A DNA stretch of 64,000 bases from Octopus sinensis. Its lineage: Eukaryota. How positions within the stretch are numbered: position 1 is the stretch's first letter; each line of letters begins with the position of its first letter. Both the position numbers and the translations under genes were made by a program. Positions 25,139 to 38,892 of the stretch are shown here, one piece after another. Under the pieces are notes generated by a model. It did not search any database, was not told the DNA's origin, and was given only the letters and a program-made list of their open reading frames with translations. The stretch spans positions 66,526,001-66,590,000 of the forward strand of contig NC_043010.1 in assembly GCF_006345805.1 (NCBI RefSeq). The letters run 5' to 3'.

Positions 25139-25503
25139 TCTCTATATATATAAACGCCAAAATTTCTGTCTGTGTGTGTGTGCACATGTCCATTATACAA
25201 ATCCACAATTTTTCAGTTAGCAGGCTCACACTTTCTATGATCATTCAAAACCGTCCAAGGGTGGCCGTGCACATCTTTACATTTCCCTAGTCACCCTGCA
25301 AAGCCATTAAAAAATCAATAGAAGAGACTTTTTTGTGAATTTTCTATCCAAAACCCATTCAAAATGCCTGAAACTTGATACATCAATTGAATGCCACCTA
25401 GCTGTATGTGATTTGGACAGTACGCGCGTGTATGTGCACACGCACACAGCTGTATATGCATGAACTAGCACTATGACCAGGTATTGCCGGGTCATAGTGC
25501 TAG
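25139..25503 (+). mobile_element. Non-autonomous Helitron
   Basis: Begins A|TC TCTATATATATAAA followed by a (TG)n tract; ends with the long hairpin ACTAGCACTATGACC...GGTCATAGTGCTAGT and CTAG|T, i.e. an A-T insertion site. Confidence 0.75.
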
Positions 25504-27822
25504 TAATTACTAAAATTTCCCTCAAATCACATGCTATTATATACTCCTGTACTTGTTTTAGTCATTGACCTGTGGCCATGCTAGAGCACTGCCTTCAAGG
25601 ATTTAGTTGGTTATATGATTATATCAATACTACTCCCTACTGGTACTTATTTTAGTGACCTTTTTTGTCTCACTGATAAGTTACTGGACATAAAAAGACA
25701 GGCACTAGTTTCTGCTTGTACTTTTTTTTTTTTTTGATAAATAGACACTTTTTTTAAGAAGGCAAATGGGGCATTATTTGAGGATGATTTGGCTATTATT
25801 TCCAGCAAAGAGAGTGACCAAATAGAAACTTTCACACTGGATTGTAGAGGATCCATAGCAAAAAGGATGAGTGAGAAATTCAGATGCTTGTATGGGTGAT
25901 GGGAAGAGGGACATGGCAGTTTGTTTTGTTGTGAGGAGTTGCCCTAACCTTTGTATCTGATGCTGTAATTGACTGAAGCAACAAGTGTTTGGTGCATAAG
26001 AGAAGTTAGCAGTAGAAGCCCTTACAAAATAAAGGCCACCAACAACTCTGATAACTCACTAGATACTGAGCCAAGGAGAGAGTTTCTGCATGGTCATTTG
26101 GCTTAACAGAAATAGCAGCTAAGTTATGGCGGCGAGCTGGCAGAAATGTTAGCACGTCGGGCGAAATGCTTAGCGGTATTTCATCTGCCACTATGTTCTG
26201 AGTTCTAATTCCGCCAAGGTTGACTTTGCGTTTCATCCTTTCGGGGTCGATTAAATAAGTACCAGTTACGCACTGGGGTCGATATAATCGACTTAATCCA
26301 TTTGTCTGTCCTTGTTTGTCCCCTCTGTGTGTAGCCCCTTGTGGGCAGTAAAGAAATAAGAAATAGCAGCTAAGTTTTCACAAACATTCATCACCATGAA
26401 CTTCTGAACATTCTTGTCTCAAGTCCTAGATCTCATAAAGCTGGTTATTTGGTTTTCATGAGGTTAAGTGACCAAGATCACAATATTCCACACACACCCC
26501 TAAAAAGGACACCAGTCCATTGCATGGTTACTCATTTGCAGCCAAGTAGACTGAAGCAATGAGAAATGAAGTGCTTTGCTCAAGAACACAACACACTACC
26601 TGGACCAGGAACTGAAACCACGATCTTGCAATCATGAGTATAACACACTAACCACTAAGCCAAACCCTAGCAAAATATTTTGCATTTTGGAAGATGGGGC
26701 TGGTCATGACAGGTACATCTAACAACAAAGGGACTGATTTTAGGTGAAATAACAATAAATCAGTAAATTATTATTATCAGGTGCAGGAGTTGCTGTGTGG
26801 TAAGTAGCTTGCTTACCAACCACATGGTTCCGGGTTCAGTCCCACTGTGTGGCACCTTGGGCAAGTGTCTTCTACTATAGCTTCAGGTCGACCAAAGCCT
26901 TGTGAGTGGATTTGGTAGACGGAAACTGAAAGAAGCCCGTCATATATATATATGTGTATATATGTATGTGTGTGTGTGTGTGGTGTGTGTGTATATGTTT
27001 GTGTGTCTGCGTTTGTCTCCCCACCAACATCGCTTGACAACTGATGGTGGTGTGTTTATGTGCCCGTCACTTAGCGGTTCGGCAAAAGAGACCGATAGGA
27101 TAAGTACTAGATTTCCAAAGAATAAGTCCTGGGGTCGATTTGCTCGACTAAAGGCGTTGCTCCAACATGGCCACAGTCAAATGACTAAAACAAGTAAAAG
27201 AGAAAAAGAGAATTTATCATTTTTACATCTGTTTTCTGTGTTGGGATTAGACGAGACTTGTTGAGGCAGATGTTGTCTAGAGCAGGAGGCTCTTCCTGTT
27301 GCCAATCCTTACATATTTTCCAAGGAAGTTCATTTCATTCAACTGTTCTCACAAGTGAAAAGTGACAAGCCACAGAAACGATGGAAGATTTGCCTACTGG
27401 AGAATGTAAAACAATGACACTGTTTTGCTTAGCCAGCGTTAACGAGGACAGATAGCAATTACCTACACATACTCAGGTACATATAGGAGCACTCCATCGG
27501 TTGCAATGACAAGGGTCCCAGCTGATACGATCAACGGAACAGTTTGCTTGTGAAATTAATGTACAAGTGGCTGAGCACTCCACAGACATGTGTACCCTTA
27601 ATGTAGTTCTCGGGGAGATTCAGCGTGACACAGAGTGCAACAAGGCTGGCCCTTTGGAATACAGGTACTACTCATTTTTTGCCAGCTGAGTGGACTGGAG
27701 CAACGTGAAATAAAGTGTCTTGCTCAAGGACACAACGCACTGCCAGGAATTGAACTCACGACCTTACAATCATGAGCCGAATGCCCCTAACCACTAAGCA
27801 CATATACACATCACACTCAAGG

Positions 27823-27870
<48 letters not shown>

Positions 27871-30800
27871 TATAAAAAGGGTTATAGTTGAAGTTGTATC
27901 TATGTGAAGCACATCTGCATGTTTAGGTAATCAAATGTATGTATATAGATGCCTTGTTTTAAAGGAGGCATACATGCTAGTCAAAAATTCTAGAGAATCA
28001 TATTTGCAGAGAAATTTAAATATGAAAACAAAGACTAGAAATTTTTTTAAATATTAAAAATATAGCAAATTTTCCAGTCTCTCTTTTGATATATAAAATG
28101 AAAGGTCTGCTTCTTAGTTTTCTGTACTAAAATTCACACACACTGACCAGCAAGTAAAAGACATTTGCTTAGGGGTGCCCAGCATGGCCACAGCTCGTGA
28201 GCTGAAACTAGATAAAATTTTTAAAAAATTTTTTAATGGGACTAAACCCAGAACCATGTTGTTGTGCAGCAAGCTTTGTAACCTCCAGCCATGTGTGTAC
28301 CAATTATTGAAAACTTCTGTGAGCTAAGTAACTTAATTAATATTGGCGTTTCCTGTAGTCAAGATATAGTAGAGCTAGAATGATAAGGAGCAATATCAGG
28401 GAACTGGAATCTCTGTTGGCAACAACAGCATATCTCTCTCTCTCACTCACATTCTCTAAAAATTATTTTATATAAAATTATTTTCTCTCTCTCTCTGCCT
28501 GATGTAGCCATGGTTCTCACTTTTTCTGCTCCTCAATACTTCTCCCCACAGCTGAGGGTCCTTATACTACAAATTACCTGGTAACCTCACTGCTGCCGGT
28601 GCCACATAAAAAGCATCATATTAACTCAGTAAAGTAGTTGGTGTTAGTGTTAGGAAGAGCATCCAGCCATAGAGACCATGCCAAAGCAGACAGTAGAGCC
28701 CGGTGTAGTCCTCTGGCTTGCCAGTTAAATTGTCCAACCCATAACAGCATGGAAAACAGACAGTCAATGATGACGAAGTACAAAAACAATTAAAAAATAC
28801 ATTTGCATGTAATTAGTCTATCATTATTTCTCCCAATACCCTAAGATTCCTCTTGTAGAATTTTAGGATTCCAGGAACTGCAGATGGAAAATCCTAGAAC
28901 TGTAGTGCACGATCATGAGAGAGGAACACTGAATGCAGTAATTATCGAAATTTTGACGAGAGAAATTAATCCCCCATCATCAATTTAATATACACTTTTC
29001 CATCCTTGCATGGGTTGGATGAAGTCTACTGAGGCAGATTTTCTACAGCAGGATGCCCCTGCTGCTGTCAACCCTCATCTGTTTCCAAGCAAGGTAATAT
29101 GTCTCCATGGCCAGACATGTTTTTGCAGAATATTGGAAATGAATAACAGTGACCCTCATATACAACTACCATGTGGAAGCACATGGTTTAGTGGTTAGGG
29201 TGTGGGACTAATGATCATAAGATTCTGGTTTCGATTCCTAGACCAGGTGATGCATTGTGTTCTTGAGCAAAACACTTCATTTCACATTGTTCCAGTCCAC
29301 TCAGCTGGCAAAAATGAGTAACCCTGCAAGGAACTGGTGTCCCATCCAGGGAGGAATATATACGCCACAGAAACCAGGAAACTGGTCCTATGCTCCTTAC
29401 GGAATAATGTGGACTGATCATGCAATGTCAAAATAAAGACACAAACATACACACATAAACGTGTGTGTATGGAGAGATCTTTTCAGTCTACATCTACCAA
29501 GTCCACTCAAAAGGCTTAGATCGACCTGAAGAAGACATTTAGCCAAGGTGTCGTGCAGTGGTATTGAACCCAAAGCCATGCAACTGGGAAGGAAACTTCT
29601 TAATCACACAGATATGCCTTCACTTAAGAAAAAAAAAAAGTATAATAAAAGCCAACAAAAGATATCATTTATAAATACTTTAGGTTTTACTGCTCAACCT
29701 ATCTGAGCAAAGATAACTAACTTTAAGCGCTCCAGCTGATAAGAATTAGAACAGAACGTTCTTTTGTTACTATGCCTATAACTATTCTCAAGTATAGAAA
29801 TAGTAACCAAATCTCACCCCTATCATCTTAAATGAGGAAAGGACACATTAGATAATGCAAGACCTAAAATGATATGATATTCATGGATAAAGTGCTTTTA
29901 GTTATGTCTGCTCAATAAAGGATAGCTTTATGTTTTTTATCTTTTTTAATGACATAAAGGACAGCTCCCATGAATCTTTTTCGAAGTCTCTGTGACCAAA
30001 GAAACAACCCGGAGACCATAAAACCCGAGCATAAACGCTTACAACAAAATGCACTCTGCTAAAAGCACATAAGGAGGGTGGGGGACCATGTAGTGGCATT
30101 AAGCCAGGTAATGAATCAAGAATGTGAACCACCAAAAGAGCCTCTATGTAGACGCTCGTCATGCTGGAAACAGCAGTCAAATTTCTTTCAAATCATAGAC
30201 CACCGTCTTTTAAAAAAAAAACCGAAGGACACATTAATTAACATACTCATAAATACTAAAGAAAAATGGGATGGTCATAACCGGAATATCTTATTTGGAA
30301 TCTGATCAATCCGGGTTTACTTAGAGGAAACGACAACTCAAAAGCAAGAACTGTCTCTCTCTGATAGGTTTTCACAGGGTTTCCTACAAGAATATGGTCG
30401 ATTAGTCTAAGGTACCGTGCAATGAGATTGAACCCTTAACTACAGAACAACTTTTAAATTACACAGTTATTGCAAACAGGACGAAAGTATATATTTATTG
30501 AATGTATCTTTCGTAAGTTTGTATAAAGATGGGTTTTTTTTTTAAATGAACGAGATAGGACACTTATTCGTATAACAAAAAAAAACAAAAACAGCCTAAG
30601 CAATACCACCTGCTTTACGAAGGAGAAGAGGGGGTTGACAGTCTTTGGTTGAAGAAATAAGTGTTGGAAAGTTGCGTTCATAAACAGAATGGGCAGGTGA
30701 CTAATGGTCAGCAAATAGGTCAAGGAATGATTAAATAATATAATTTGAATGTGACTAATACTTTAGTAAGTAATAATCGTCATTTAATTGGAGATTTGGA

Positions 30801-31728
30801 TTAATTACTAGAAAAAAAAATATCGAGGATTAAAAATGACGTAGTAGTTAATTATTATTTTTTTTTTTAAATCTTTATTTTACTATTCTTTATGTTTCGA
30901 ATATATAAAAATCGTAAAATTATTCTCGCCAAGTTATATCGGTTTTAATTAAAACAATTAAAAATATTTATATTTCATCGTCTCAAAGAGTGAAAAACTC
31001 AAGAAATAGCCTAATATTTATAAGCAATTTATAAATATATAAAAAAATATTTCCGCGAACAAACAAGCCAAAAAAGAAAAAAAAGAATATGAAAAAATTC
31101 TTTAAAGTGTGTAATAGTCTCCTCATTCCAAGAAAGATGACTAATAAATAGCGATGCCAAAAATAGTAGCAGACGAACAATTCCAAGGTAAACGCAACCA
31201 AGTGGACGGAGAAAACATTAAGTGGTTATAGATAAAATTATATCAACTACACACAAGATACAGACACGAGTGAATTAGCTAATAAATGTAAACGGTTTAA
31301 TTTATAATTGAAAATATTTGTTTTGAAATAAAATAAACAATATATATACATATATATATATAGATATATATATAAAGACATGGTATGAGATGGATGGAAT
31401 TTGACAATAACAATAACAAAAATGAGTGTGTAAAAAAAAAAATATTTAAAGGCTCGATAAAGCAATAAAGGAATTTTTAAATTATTTTTCTAGGGTTCTG
31501 AAAAATATGGGGAGAAAAATTTACATTTCGTGAAAAATGTAGCCCAAAGGAAAAAAAAAAATAGTTTTATCACTGAAGAATGATCGAGACGGATAAAGTT
31601 GGAAGAAAAATACGACATAAAAACAACGGTTTGGGATAGATTAGGGAGGCTTAGGGGCATCGTTATGTTGACCAATACTGAAACGAAGTGTCGTGTAATG
31701 GTTAGGTGTTTGTAAATGGTTTACTGAC

Positions 31729-31797
31729 CTGGTCACCAGAAATTATTTGCTCATAAGACAGGGAAGAAGCCACTGCGCCACTTACACAGGCAGCCAT
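31729..31797 (-). CDS. ABRAXAS2: Abraxas/ABRO1-family gene, exon 1 with start codon
   Basis: ATG at 31797, MAACVSGAVASSLSYEQIISGDQ (ABRO1 begins MAASISG), donor CAG|gtcagt. The eight exons sum to 1851 nt = 616 aa + stop. The ABRAXAS1 versus ABRAXAS2 label is uncertain; invertebrates may have a single ortholog. Confidence 0.87.
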
Positions 31798-31845
31798 TTT
31801 CCTGACAAATGTAATTTACTCACTTACTTCCGCTTCCGCCTTCCC
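31790..31845 (-). promoter_or_regulatory. Housekeeping-type proximal promoter/5' UTR of the Abraxas gene
   Basis: Minus strand GGCGGAAGCGGAAGT (tandem ETS/GABP-like CGGAAG) about 30 nt upstream of GGAAAATGGCTGCC (YY1/TISU-like start context); CpGs retained locally. Confidence 0.5.
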
Positions 31846-34566
31846 TAGATTCTTCTTATTAAAACCTTCTCTCAATTATAAAAAATATTTAATTGGGAAA
31901 ATTATTTCATAGTTTTAAATTACCCATCTGACGTACTTTGGGGCTTTTTTTTTTTAACTATCTTCCGTTCCGTTCGTTCTAGATTCATTTCTTTTCTCTT
32001 TTTCTTTTTTATTTTTCGATTCTACGCAGCTTTAGATTCTTTAATTAAATCAAATTTGCATACACGCTCACCAATAAATGTGCAGGACAGTTACTTATTG
32101 TCGATTAAATCGACTCCAGTACTTGGCTAGTACTTTCTTTCATTAGACCCCTGAAGGGTGGAAGGTAAAGTCGACCTTGGCAGAATTCGAACTCTGCACG
32201 TAAAGGGTCGTAACTATGGCAAGGCGTTTTAACCGATGCTCTAACAAGTCTGCCAATCCATGCTAAAAGTAGCGTGCATATTCTTATGTTGTTTTAAAAG
32301 CAATATGTTGCTAAGAGTCCCGGCGACAATAATTTAACTAATGAAGGACCCTTTATACAGTCTCTCAACCTCCAAGAAGAAGCAGCCAAATTTCACTCAA
32401 ATCATATCCTAGCATCTTAAAAGGGTAAAATATAGATAGATATAGATATGCAAGAAGTGAATGTCACTGTTAGAGCGCCTTTACTCATAGGGTTGCATGG
32501 TCAAGGCTGTAACTAAACAACATTTCCATTGAGACAACGTCTGTTTGGTTACTCAAACTGTTAGAAATAACAGCAAAAATTCTCCTCAAACAATACTTTA
32601 CCATTTTTGGAAAGAAAGAAATTGCATTGGAGAGTTTGGGTTACATTGACCAAAAAGCTGGTGGAAAGGCCATGGCTAGAGCATTCTGATCCTAATTCTT
32701 CTCAATCAAGACTGATCTGGAGCTAAACAATAACAGTAGCCATTTGTGTGTCATAGGCAACACATCTCATTGTAGCATGAGGCTGGCTATGAGTATGTTG
32801 TGAAACCCAGAATCATAATTCACATTTTCAGTTTCCAGGTCCATACTGCTGCACATACATCATGCTCAAGTTATGCAGTGTGTCCTGATTATCGACCAAT
32901 CAATTTGAAGTGATATCATGCCACATTGTGAACATCCTCTGCAATGTCTTTGAGGTTCCCAGGCTTTTCATAATATTAAAGCGAAAGAGTACCAAGATAA
33001 ACTGCAGAAATTGAGAGTAGCTCCAAGAGAACACACATTTCACTTCTCATCAAAAGCAAGCCAACAAGAGAGCATGACCCAACATTGCAGAAGCAACATC
33101 AAGTTTCCCTTTGTTGAATCCAGTTTGAAGTGAAAGGAATTCTTCATAATCTCAGACCGAGTTGTAGTGGATCTTGCAAGCATGAAGTGGATTCAATCCA
33201 CCTTAACCAAATTTAAATTAACACTGCAACAGAACTTTTCCCACAGTGGAACAATAGTTTTTCTCTGACAGCAGTTTTACATTTTCCAGATGCCTTTAGC
33301 TAGGCTGAAATAATGTCTTGACAACTTGACCCTTTCTTAACCTCTTCTACTTCACCAAAAGCTAGAATTGAGATAACAAGACCACCAACTAAATCTATTG
33401 TTCTCAATGATATATCTATCCTTCTGGATAGTTATAAAAGCAAGAACACCCCAAGCAAAAATCAGTCAGCGACGACTCAACCAGTTAGTCATTTTGGTGT
33501 CAACGAAGTCTGGCTGACCAGCTAGAACCTTGGTCAGAGGGAGAAATGAAGTTTACTGTCAGCAACTGTGAGACAACATCCTACAACTCTCACTAGCTCT
33601 AATTTTGCTCTCTTACAACATCATTCTATCTCTCTCTGTAATTACTACTAAACAATGAAAAGGACACAAACACAAACTTTACTTCGCATGCTTTTGGATT
33701 TATCATAACCTGCCCAAAACTCTTGCCCAAGATGCCACACAGTGGGATTGAACCTGAAACCATGTGGTTGCAAAATGAACTGCTTAACCACACAACCATG
33801 CCTCATATACATAAAAAATAATAAAATAAATCACAAGACTTTTATGACATTTTTTATTTTTCTCCTTGAACATTGCAAATGATCGCATCAGAGAAATGAC
33901 TCACTTTGTGTCCCCATCTTGAAACAGACTTTTAAAAGATAATATCACTGTGTCCCAGTCTGAGTTTGACAACCTGAAAAGGTCATGGAAAGCATCTTCC
34001 CTTCTCTGATAAACTTATCAAACAAAATGGAAATAAATGAAAAACATGAAAAAAACAAAAAGATTTTGGTGATTAGATAGCTTTAAATTTCCCAATTGGT
34101 TGGTTTAAATTGTCTATTTTCTGATACCTAGACTCTAGGCTGCCATCTTCATGATTTTTCTTTCTTCTTCAATAAACTATACGATGTCCATGAAGATGAC
34201 ATTTTCTTGAAATACAAATAAAATAGAAAAAAACTTTTGCTATATTTTTTTCAATCGTGATGTGGTGTGTGTTTGTGTATGTGTGGTGTGTGTGTGTGTG
34301 TGTGCGCATGTATGTATGGGTATGTATGAGTAGGTAAGTGTGTGTCTATATGTATGTATATATGTATGTTTAAATAAATAAATAAATATATGTGTCTGTG
34401 TCTGTGTGTGTGCATGTCTCTGTTGTGTGTGTGTGTATTGATGTATTAATATATAGATGTCTGTTATCTCTTGTAAAATGTGCCCAGATATTGTTTGAAG
34501 GTGATTATATATATATATATATCATCATCGTCATTTAACATCCGTTCTCCATGCTAGCATATATAT

Positions 34567-34842
34567 AAACAATTGCAGTGTGGAAGGTGTTTATAAGCCA
34601 TTTAAGAAACAAACATAAACCGTTAGATTCACTTCAACATTTAAATTTAACTTGCCAAAATATTTTCATTGCTTTGAGACCATGACCTGTTCACTGACAA
34701 AATTCTGTGCTGCAGTGAACAGGTCGCGGTCTCAAAGCGACGAAAATATTTTGGCTAATTAAATTTAAACTTTGAAGTGAATCTAACGGTTTGTGTTTGT
34801 TTCTTAAATGGCTTATAAACACCTTCCACGCTGCAAATGTTT
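34567..34842. repeat. Fold-back element with ~130-bp inverted arms and a 16-nt spacer; each arm carries a variant hammerhead-like motif
   Basis: 34567-34696 is the near-perfect reverse complement of 34713-34842; GTGAACA-g-stem-GAAA-ATATTT motif in both arms. Confidence 0.85.
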
Positions 34843-34974
34843 TCGTTCCAGCACACGATCTCAGATCAGGTCACTTGCTATGCAAGTACATCTCCATAAT
34901 ACATATACATACACACACATACACACATCTTCATCATGATCATGATCATGATCGTCATCATCATCATCATCATC

Positions 34975-35550
34975 ATCACCATCATCATTTAACATCTGTT
35001 TATCATGTTGACATGTGTTGGACAGTTTGACAGGAGCTGGTAAGGCTGGGGACTGCACAAGGTCTCATTGTATTCTGGTATGGTTTCTATGGCTTGATGC
35101 CCTTTCTAATGCCAACCACTTTACACACTGGACCGGGTGCTTTTTTATGTGGTGCTGGCACCAGTGCATTTAACATGGCACCAGCTTCAGTGCTATTTAT
35201 GTGGCACCAGCACCAGTATCAACTCTGCTGTGGTGGATGGAACAGCAAAAAATCATCCGTCTCATTCCTTTGTCATCTCTTTCATAATGTTCAGAGACTT
35301 GAGATCAGCCTTCAGTACTTCATCCCATGTCTTCCTGGGTCCCCCTCTTCCACAAGTTCCATCCACTTTAAGTGGTTGGCACTTCTACATGCAACTGTCT
35401 AGATCCATACGCATCACTTGACCAAACTAATTCAGTCTTCTCTCTTGCCCACTGCATCTTATTCTTCTTATGCCTAACTTTGCCCTCAGCACACTAGGGA
35501 TCAGTTGCACATCTACACTGACACTGCACATCCAGTGGAGCATTCTAGCT
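34975..35550 (-). mobile_element. RTE LINE 3' fragment
   Basis: Same ORF2-end and UTR sequence, reversed, ending in a (GAT)n run. Confidence 0.7.
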
Positions 35551-36230
35551 TCATTCTTCTCTCTATATATATTCATTTATATGTATGTAGTGTCACTTGT
35601 GTACCTAATACACATTACGAAACAGCTGTCAACTAATTCATTGAACATCCATTCTCTTATTTCACTTCTCTTATCTGATTGATTTCACATACACACACAC
35701 ATTTATATCATCATCAGAAATTTATCAGACTGAGATTATATTAAAAATAAACTGTGTAACTAAAATTAAAACAATAAACACAGATAAACGATATGTCAAA
35801 GACAAGCATACTAAATATAAACATAATCTGCCACACATGTCAACACAGTACTGCTATGCGTCACGTATCATGTGTCACCACAGTACTGCTACTTCACATC
35901 CAGTGAAAAATCACTGGGATATATGTATGTATGTATGTATGTATGCATGTATGTATGTATGTATGCATGGATGGATGGATGGATGGATGGATGGATAAAT
36001 GGATGGATCATATTCAAACACACACACATATATATATTAGAGTTATAATGCTGGCATGGACTACAAACATTAAATGATGGTGATGATAATGATGATTGAT
36101 TGATGACAGACAGACAGATATACAAAGCCATTATCTATTTTGGTGATTTTTTTTTTTTTTAGAAAAACATTTCTATGCTGTCATCAGCAAATTTGTGTTT
36201 TTACAAAATATTAATTGATTTATGTCAGTA

Positions 36231-37063
36231 CTAGCAGCATAGCCTGGCGTTGCCCGAGTATGTAAGAGCCCCTAGTAGGCAACGACTAATCCCAATCTAG
36301 TCCTTTTCCCCTAGGGAATGAAGGCGCATGTGTAGGTTGCAATATCTTCTCTTCACTCGAATACTTCTGTGTATACGATGTTCCTAGCTGTCCCTTTGGG
36401 CGAAAACATGAAAACATCATTGTGCCTCCCAAGAGAGTTAAAAAGGTCGAGTTGCGTCCCCTAGACAGTCTATGGTTTGTGTTTAATACACAAATCGGTT
36501 TGCTATGTGTGCCACATATGATTTAATTAACCGATTTTTTCCAGTAATAAAGTATCCTATTGGAATAAAAAGGACCATATAGCTCCTTGGAGCAGACATG
36601 ATCTCGCTGTGAATTAAAAAAAAACTTCCTGCCAATTTGTGAAAGATATTGTCGAAAATAAGTCATCTTGAATTTGAATGCGATTTCCCAAAATGGCATG
36701 ATTTTATCGATTTTTTCTGATGGTAAGGTATTGCATGGAAAACTAACATCAGAATTAAGTTTCTTAGGGTAACATTAAGCTTCACCATGAGTTTGGTGAA
36801 AATCAATTGCAAGTTGCGAAAACTACAACAGAAAATGTGTTGCATATAAAAAGCTTAGATTCTCGACCCCATGTCGAATTTATCAATTTTTTTCAGAACT
36901 GGGGGAACTTTTCAAAATTTTTGCTGTGTTAGTTTTGAATTATGACATTGGGCTATGTGTGTGTCAAGTTTCATCAGAATCGGTTGAAAGCCGTGGTCAG
37001 GGTGAGGGTACAACCTGACAGACACACAGACAGACAAACTGCCGTTTATATATAGAGAGAAGA
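36231..37063 (-). mobile_element. Non-autonomous Helitron (minus strand)
   Basis: Minus strand starts A|TCTTCTCTCTATATATAAACGGCAGTTTGTCTGTCTG and ends CGGGCAACGCCAGG...CTAG|T, the subterminal hairpin plus CTAG end. Confidence 0.78.
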
Positions 37064-37089
37064 TTTGTGTACTGTTTCTTTTTATTTTG

Positions 37090-37720
37090 AAACCCAAGTA
37101 ACTGATGATGAACATAAAAGAACAGATGTATGAGGTAACATAGAAGATAAAGGACCTGAAAAAGCAAAAAAATTTAGACATAAATTTGAGAAGTTTCGTA
37201 AGAAAGGCCCAACAGACAATTTGTGAGTTGTAAATGAAATTTCAGAAAACTGGGGCTGTACATAATGAGAGCAGAACTGGACATCCATAAAAAGCTGGAG
37301 AAAAAAACTGAATTGGTTTAAGAAGCATTTGAACAGGATCTGCAGTTACCAACTCACAGGGTAGCTAACATGTTAGAAATTCCACATGCATCAATCTACA
37401 GAATCCGACAAAGTGATCTGAATAAAAAAGCTTATTACATTCAAGTTTTTCCCAACTTACAAGAAGAGGATTATCCATGCAGATCAGAGCTTATTGATCA
37501 AATTGAAAGTGCAGATTTAATCCACAAAATTCTGTTCAGTTATCAAGCAACCTTCCACGCACGTGAAAAGGTTAATCATCATAACTGTCACATTTTGGGA
37601 AGCGAGAAACCCCCTGAATTTCTGGAACAGGAATAAGATTCACCGAAAGTGAATGTTTGTCTTGGTATGACTAAGTCAAAGGCATATGGACCTTTCTTTT
37701 TTGTAGAGACTACAGTCACA
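37090..37720 (+). mobile_element. Decayed Tc1/mariner-superfamily transposase fragment
   Basis: KILFSYQATFH...KVNHHNCHILGSEKP...E*DSPKVNV...GPFFF resembles FSDEATFH..GKVNRHNCRIWGSENP..ERDSPKVNVW..GPFFF; contains stops. Confidence 0.75.
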
Positions 37721-38285
37721 TTCCCACTGTGTGGCCCCTTGGGCAAGTGTCTTCTACTATAGCCTCGGGTCGACCAAAGCCTTGTGAGTGGATTTGGTAG
37801 ACGGAAACTGAAAGAAGCCCTTCGTATATATATGTATGTGTGTGTATATGTTTGTGTGTCTGTGTTTGTCCCCCCCAACATCACTTGACAACCGATGGTT
37901 GTGTGTTTATGTCCCCGTAACTTAGCAGTTTAGCAAAAGAGACCAAAAGAATAAGTACTAGGCTTCTAAAGAATAAATCCTGGGGTCGATTTTCTCGACT
38001 AAAGGCGGTACTCCAGCAGGGCCGCAGTTAAATGACTGAAACAAGTAAAAGAGTAAAGAGAATATATTATAATATTAATAAATCTCTAAGCGAGGTATAA
38101 ACAGTAACTGCTCTGTAATATAAGCGGGACCAGCCATCTGAATGTGGCTAGGGACAGGGCGGGGTGGTGGGGGTATTACTGATGCATTTAGCCCCAGGCG
38201 ACTATAGACGTCACCAGGAGAGCCGACACCATCATGGTGTCCTTGCTAGCCTGTAAAGGGAGATCAGCCTCCCCGAAGATACGGA

Positions 38286-38336
38286 TGCTACACACGGACC
38301 GGTTTCGAGGTGGTCGCCTCTCGTCAGCGCATGGCA
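38286..38336 (-). ncRNA. Minimal type I hammerhead ribozyme, copy 1
   Basis: Minus strand CATGCG-CTGACGA-GAGG(cgacca)CCTC-GAAA-C(CG)G-TC^CGTGTG; predicted cut between 38297 and 38296. Confidence 0.85.
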
Positions 38337-38645
38337 AGCACCGTTCTTCGTTGAGGGACTTCCTCTACAGGCTAGAAATATATAGATTTTCACTGTAAAC
38401 ACAGTCACTGGCATTGAAAATCTGTTTGATAACAATAATAAATCTCTAAGCGAGGTATAAACAGTAACTGCTCTGTAATATAAGCGGGACCAACCATCTG
38501 AATGTGGCTAGGGACAGGGCGGGGTGGTGGGGGTGTTACTGATGCATTTAGCCCCAGGCGACTATAGACGTCACCAGGAGAGCCGACACCATCATGGTGT
38601 CCTTGCTAGCCTGTAAAGGGAGATCAGCCTCCCCGAAGATACGGA

Positions 38646-38696
38646 TGCTACACACGGACCGGTTTCGAGGTGGTCGCCTCTCGTCAGCGCATGGCA
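38646..38696 (-). ncRNA. Minimal type I hammerhead ribozyme, copy 2
   Basis: Identical motif exactly 360 nt from copy 1; predicted cut between 38657 and 38656. Confidence 0.85.
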
Positions 38697-38837
38697 AGCA
38701 CCGTTCTTCGTTACTGTTTATACCTCGCTTAGAGATTTATTATTGTTATCAAACAGATTTTCGACGCCAGTGACTGTGTTTACAGTGAAAATCTATATAT
38801 TTCTAGCCTGTAGAGGAAGTCCCTCAACGAAGAACGG

Positions 38838-38892
38838 TGCTTGCCATGCGCTGACGAGAGGCGACCACCTCGAAACCGGTCCGTGTGTAGCA
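38838..38892 (+). ncRNA. Minimal type I hammerhead ribozyme, copy 3 (inverted arm)
   Basis: Stem I CATGCG 38845-50 / CGTGTG 38882-87; core CTGACGA 38851-57; stem II GAGG/CCTC; GAAA 38872-75; palindromic stem III ACCGGT; GTC triplet ending at 38881. Confidence 0.87.

Noticed and set aside
32770-33640. Coding-like composition and a WEPQRHC..C..C peptide on the minus strand
   Set aside because: Stops in all frames and no family recognisable by eye; possibly an old transposon relic that needs a BLASTx check.
34128-34205. Minus-strand segment with good acceptor and donor sites
   Set aside because: Stops in all three frames and it lies upstream of the Abraxas start; at most a non-coding exon, unsupported without RNA data.
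38232-38435. 67-aa ORF duplicated at 38743-38946
   Set aside because: Lies inside the retrozyme monomer, overlaps the ribozyme, has a non-ATG start and shows no RT or GIY-YIG motif.
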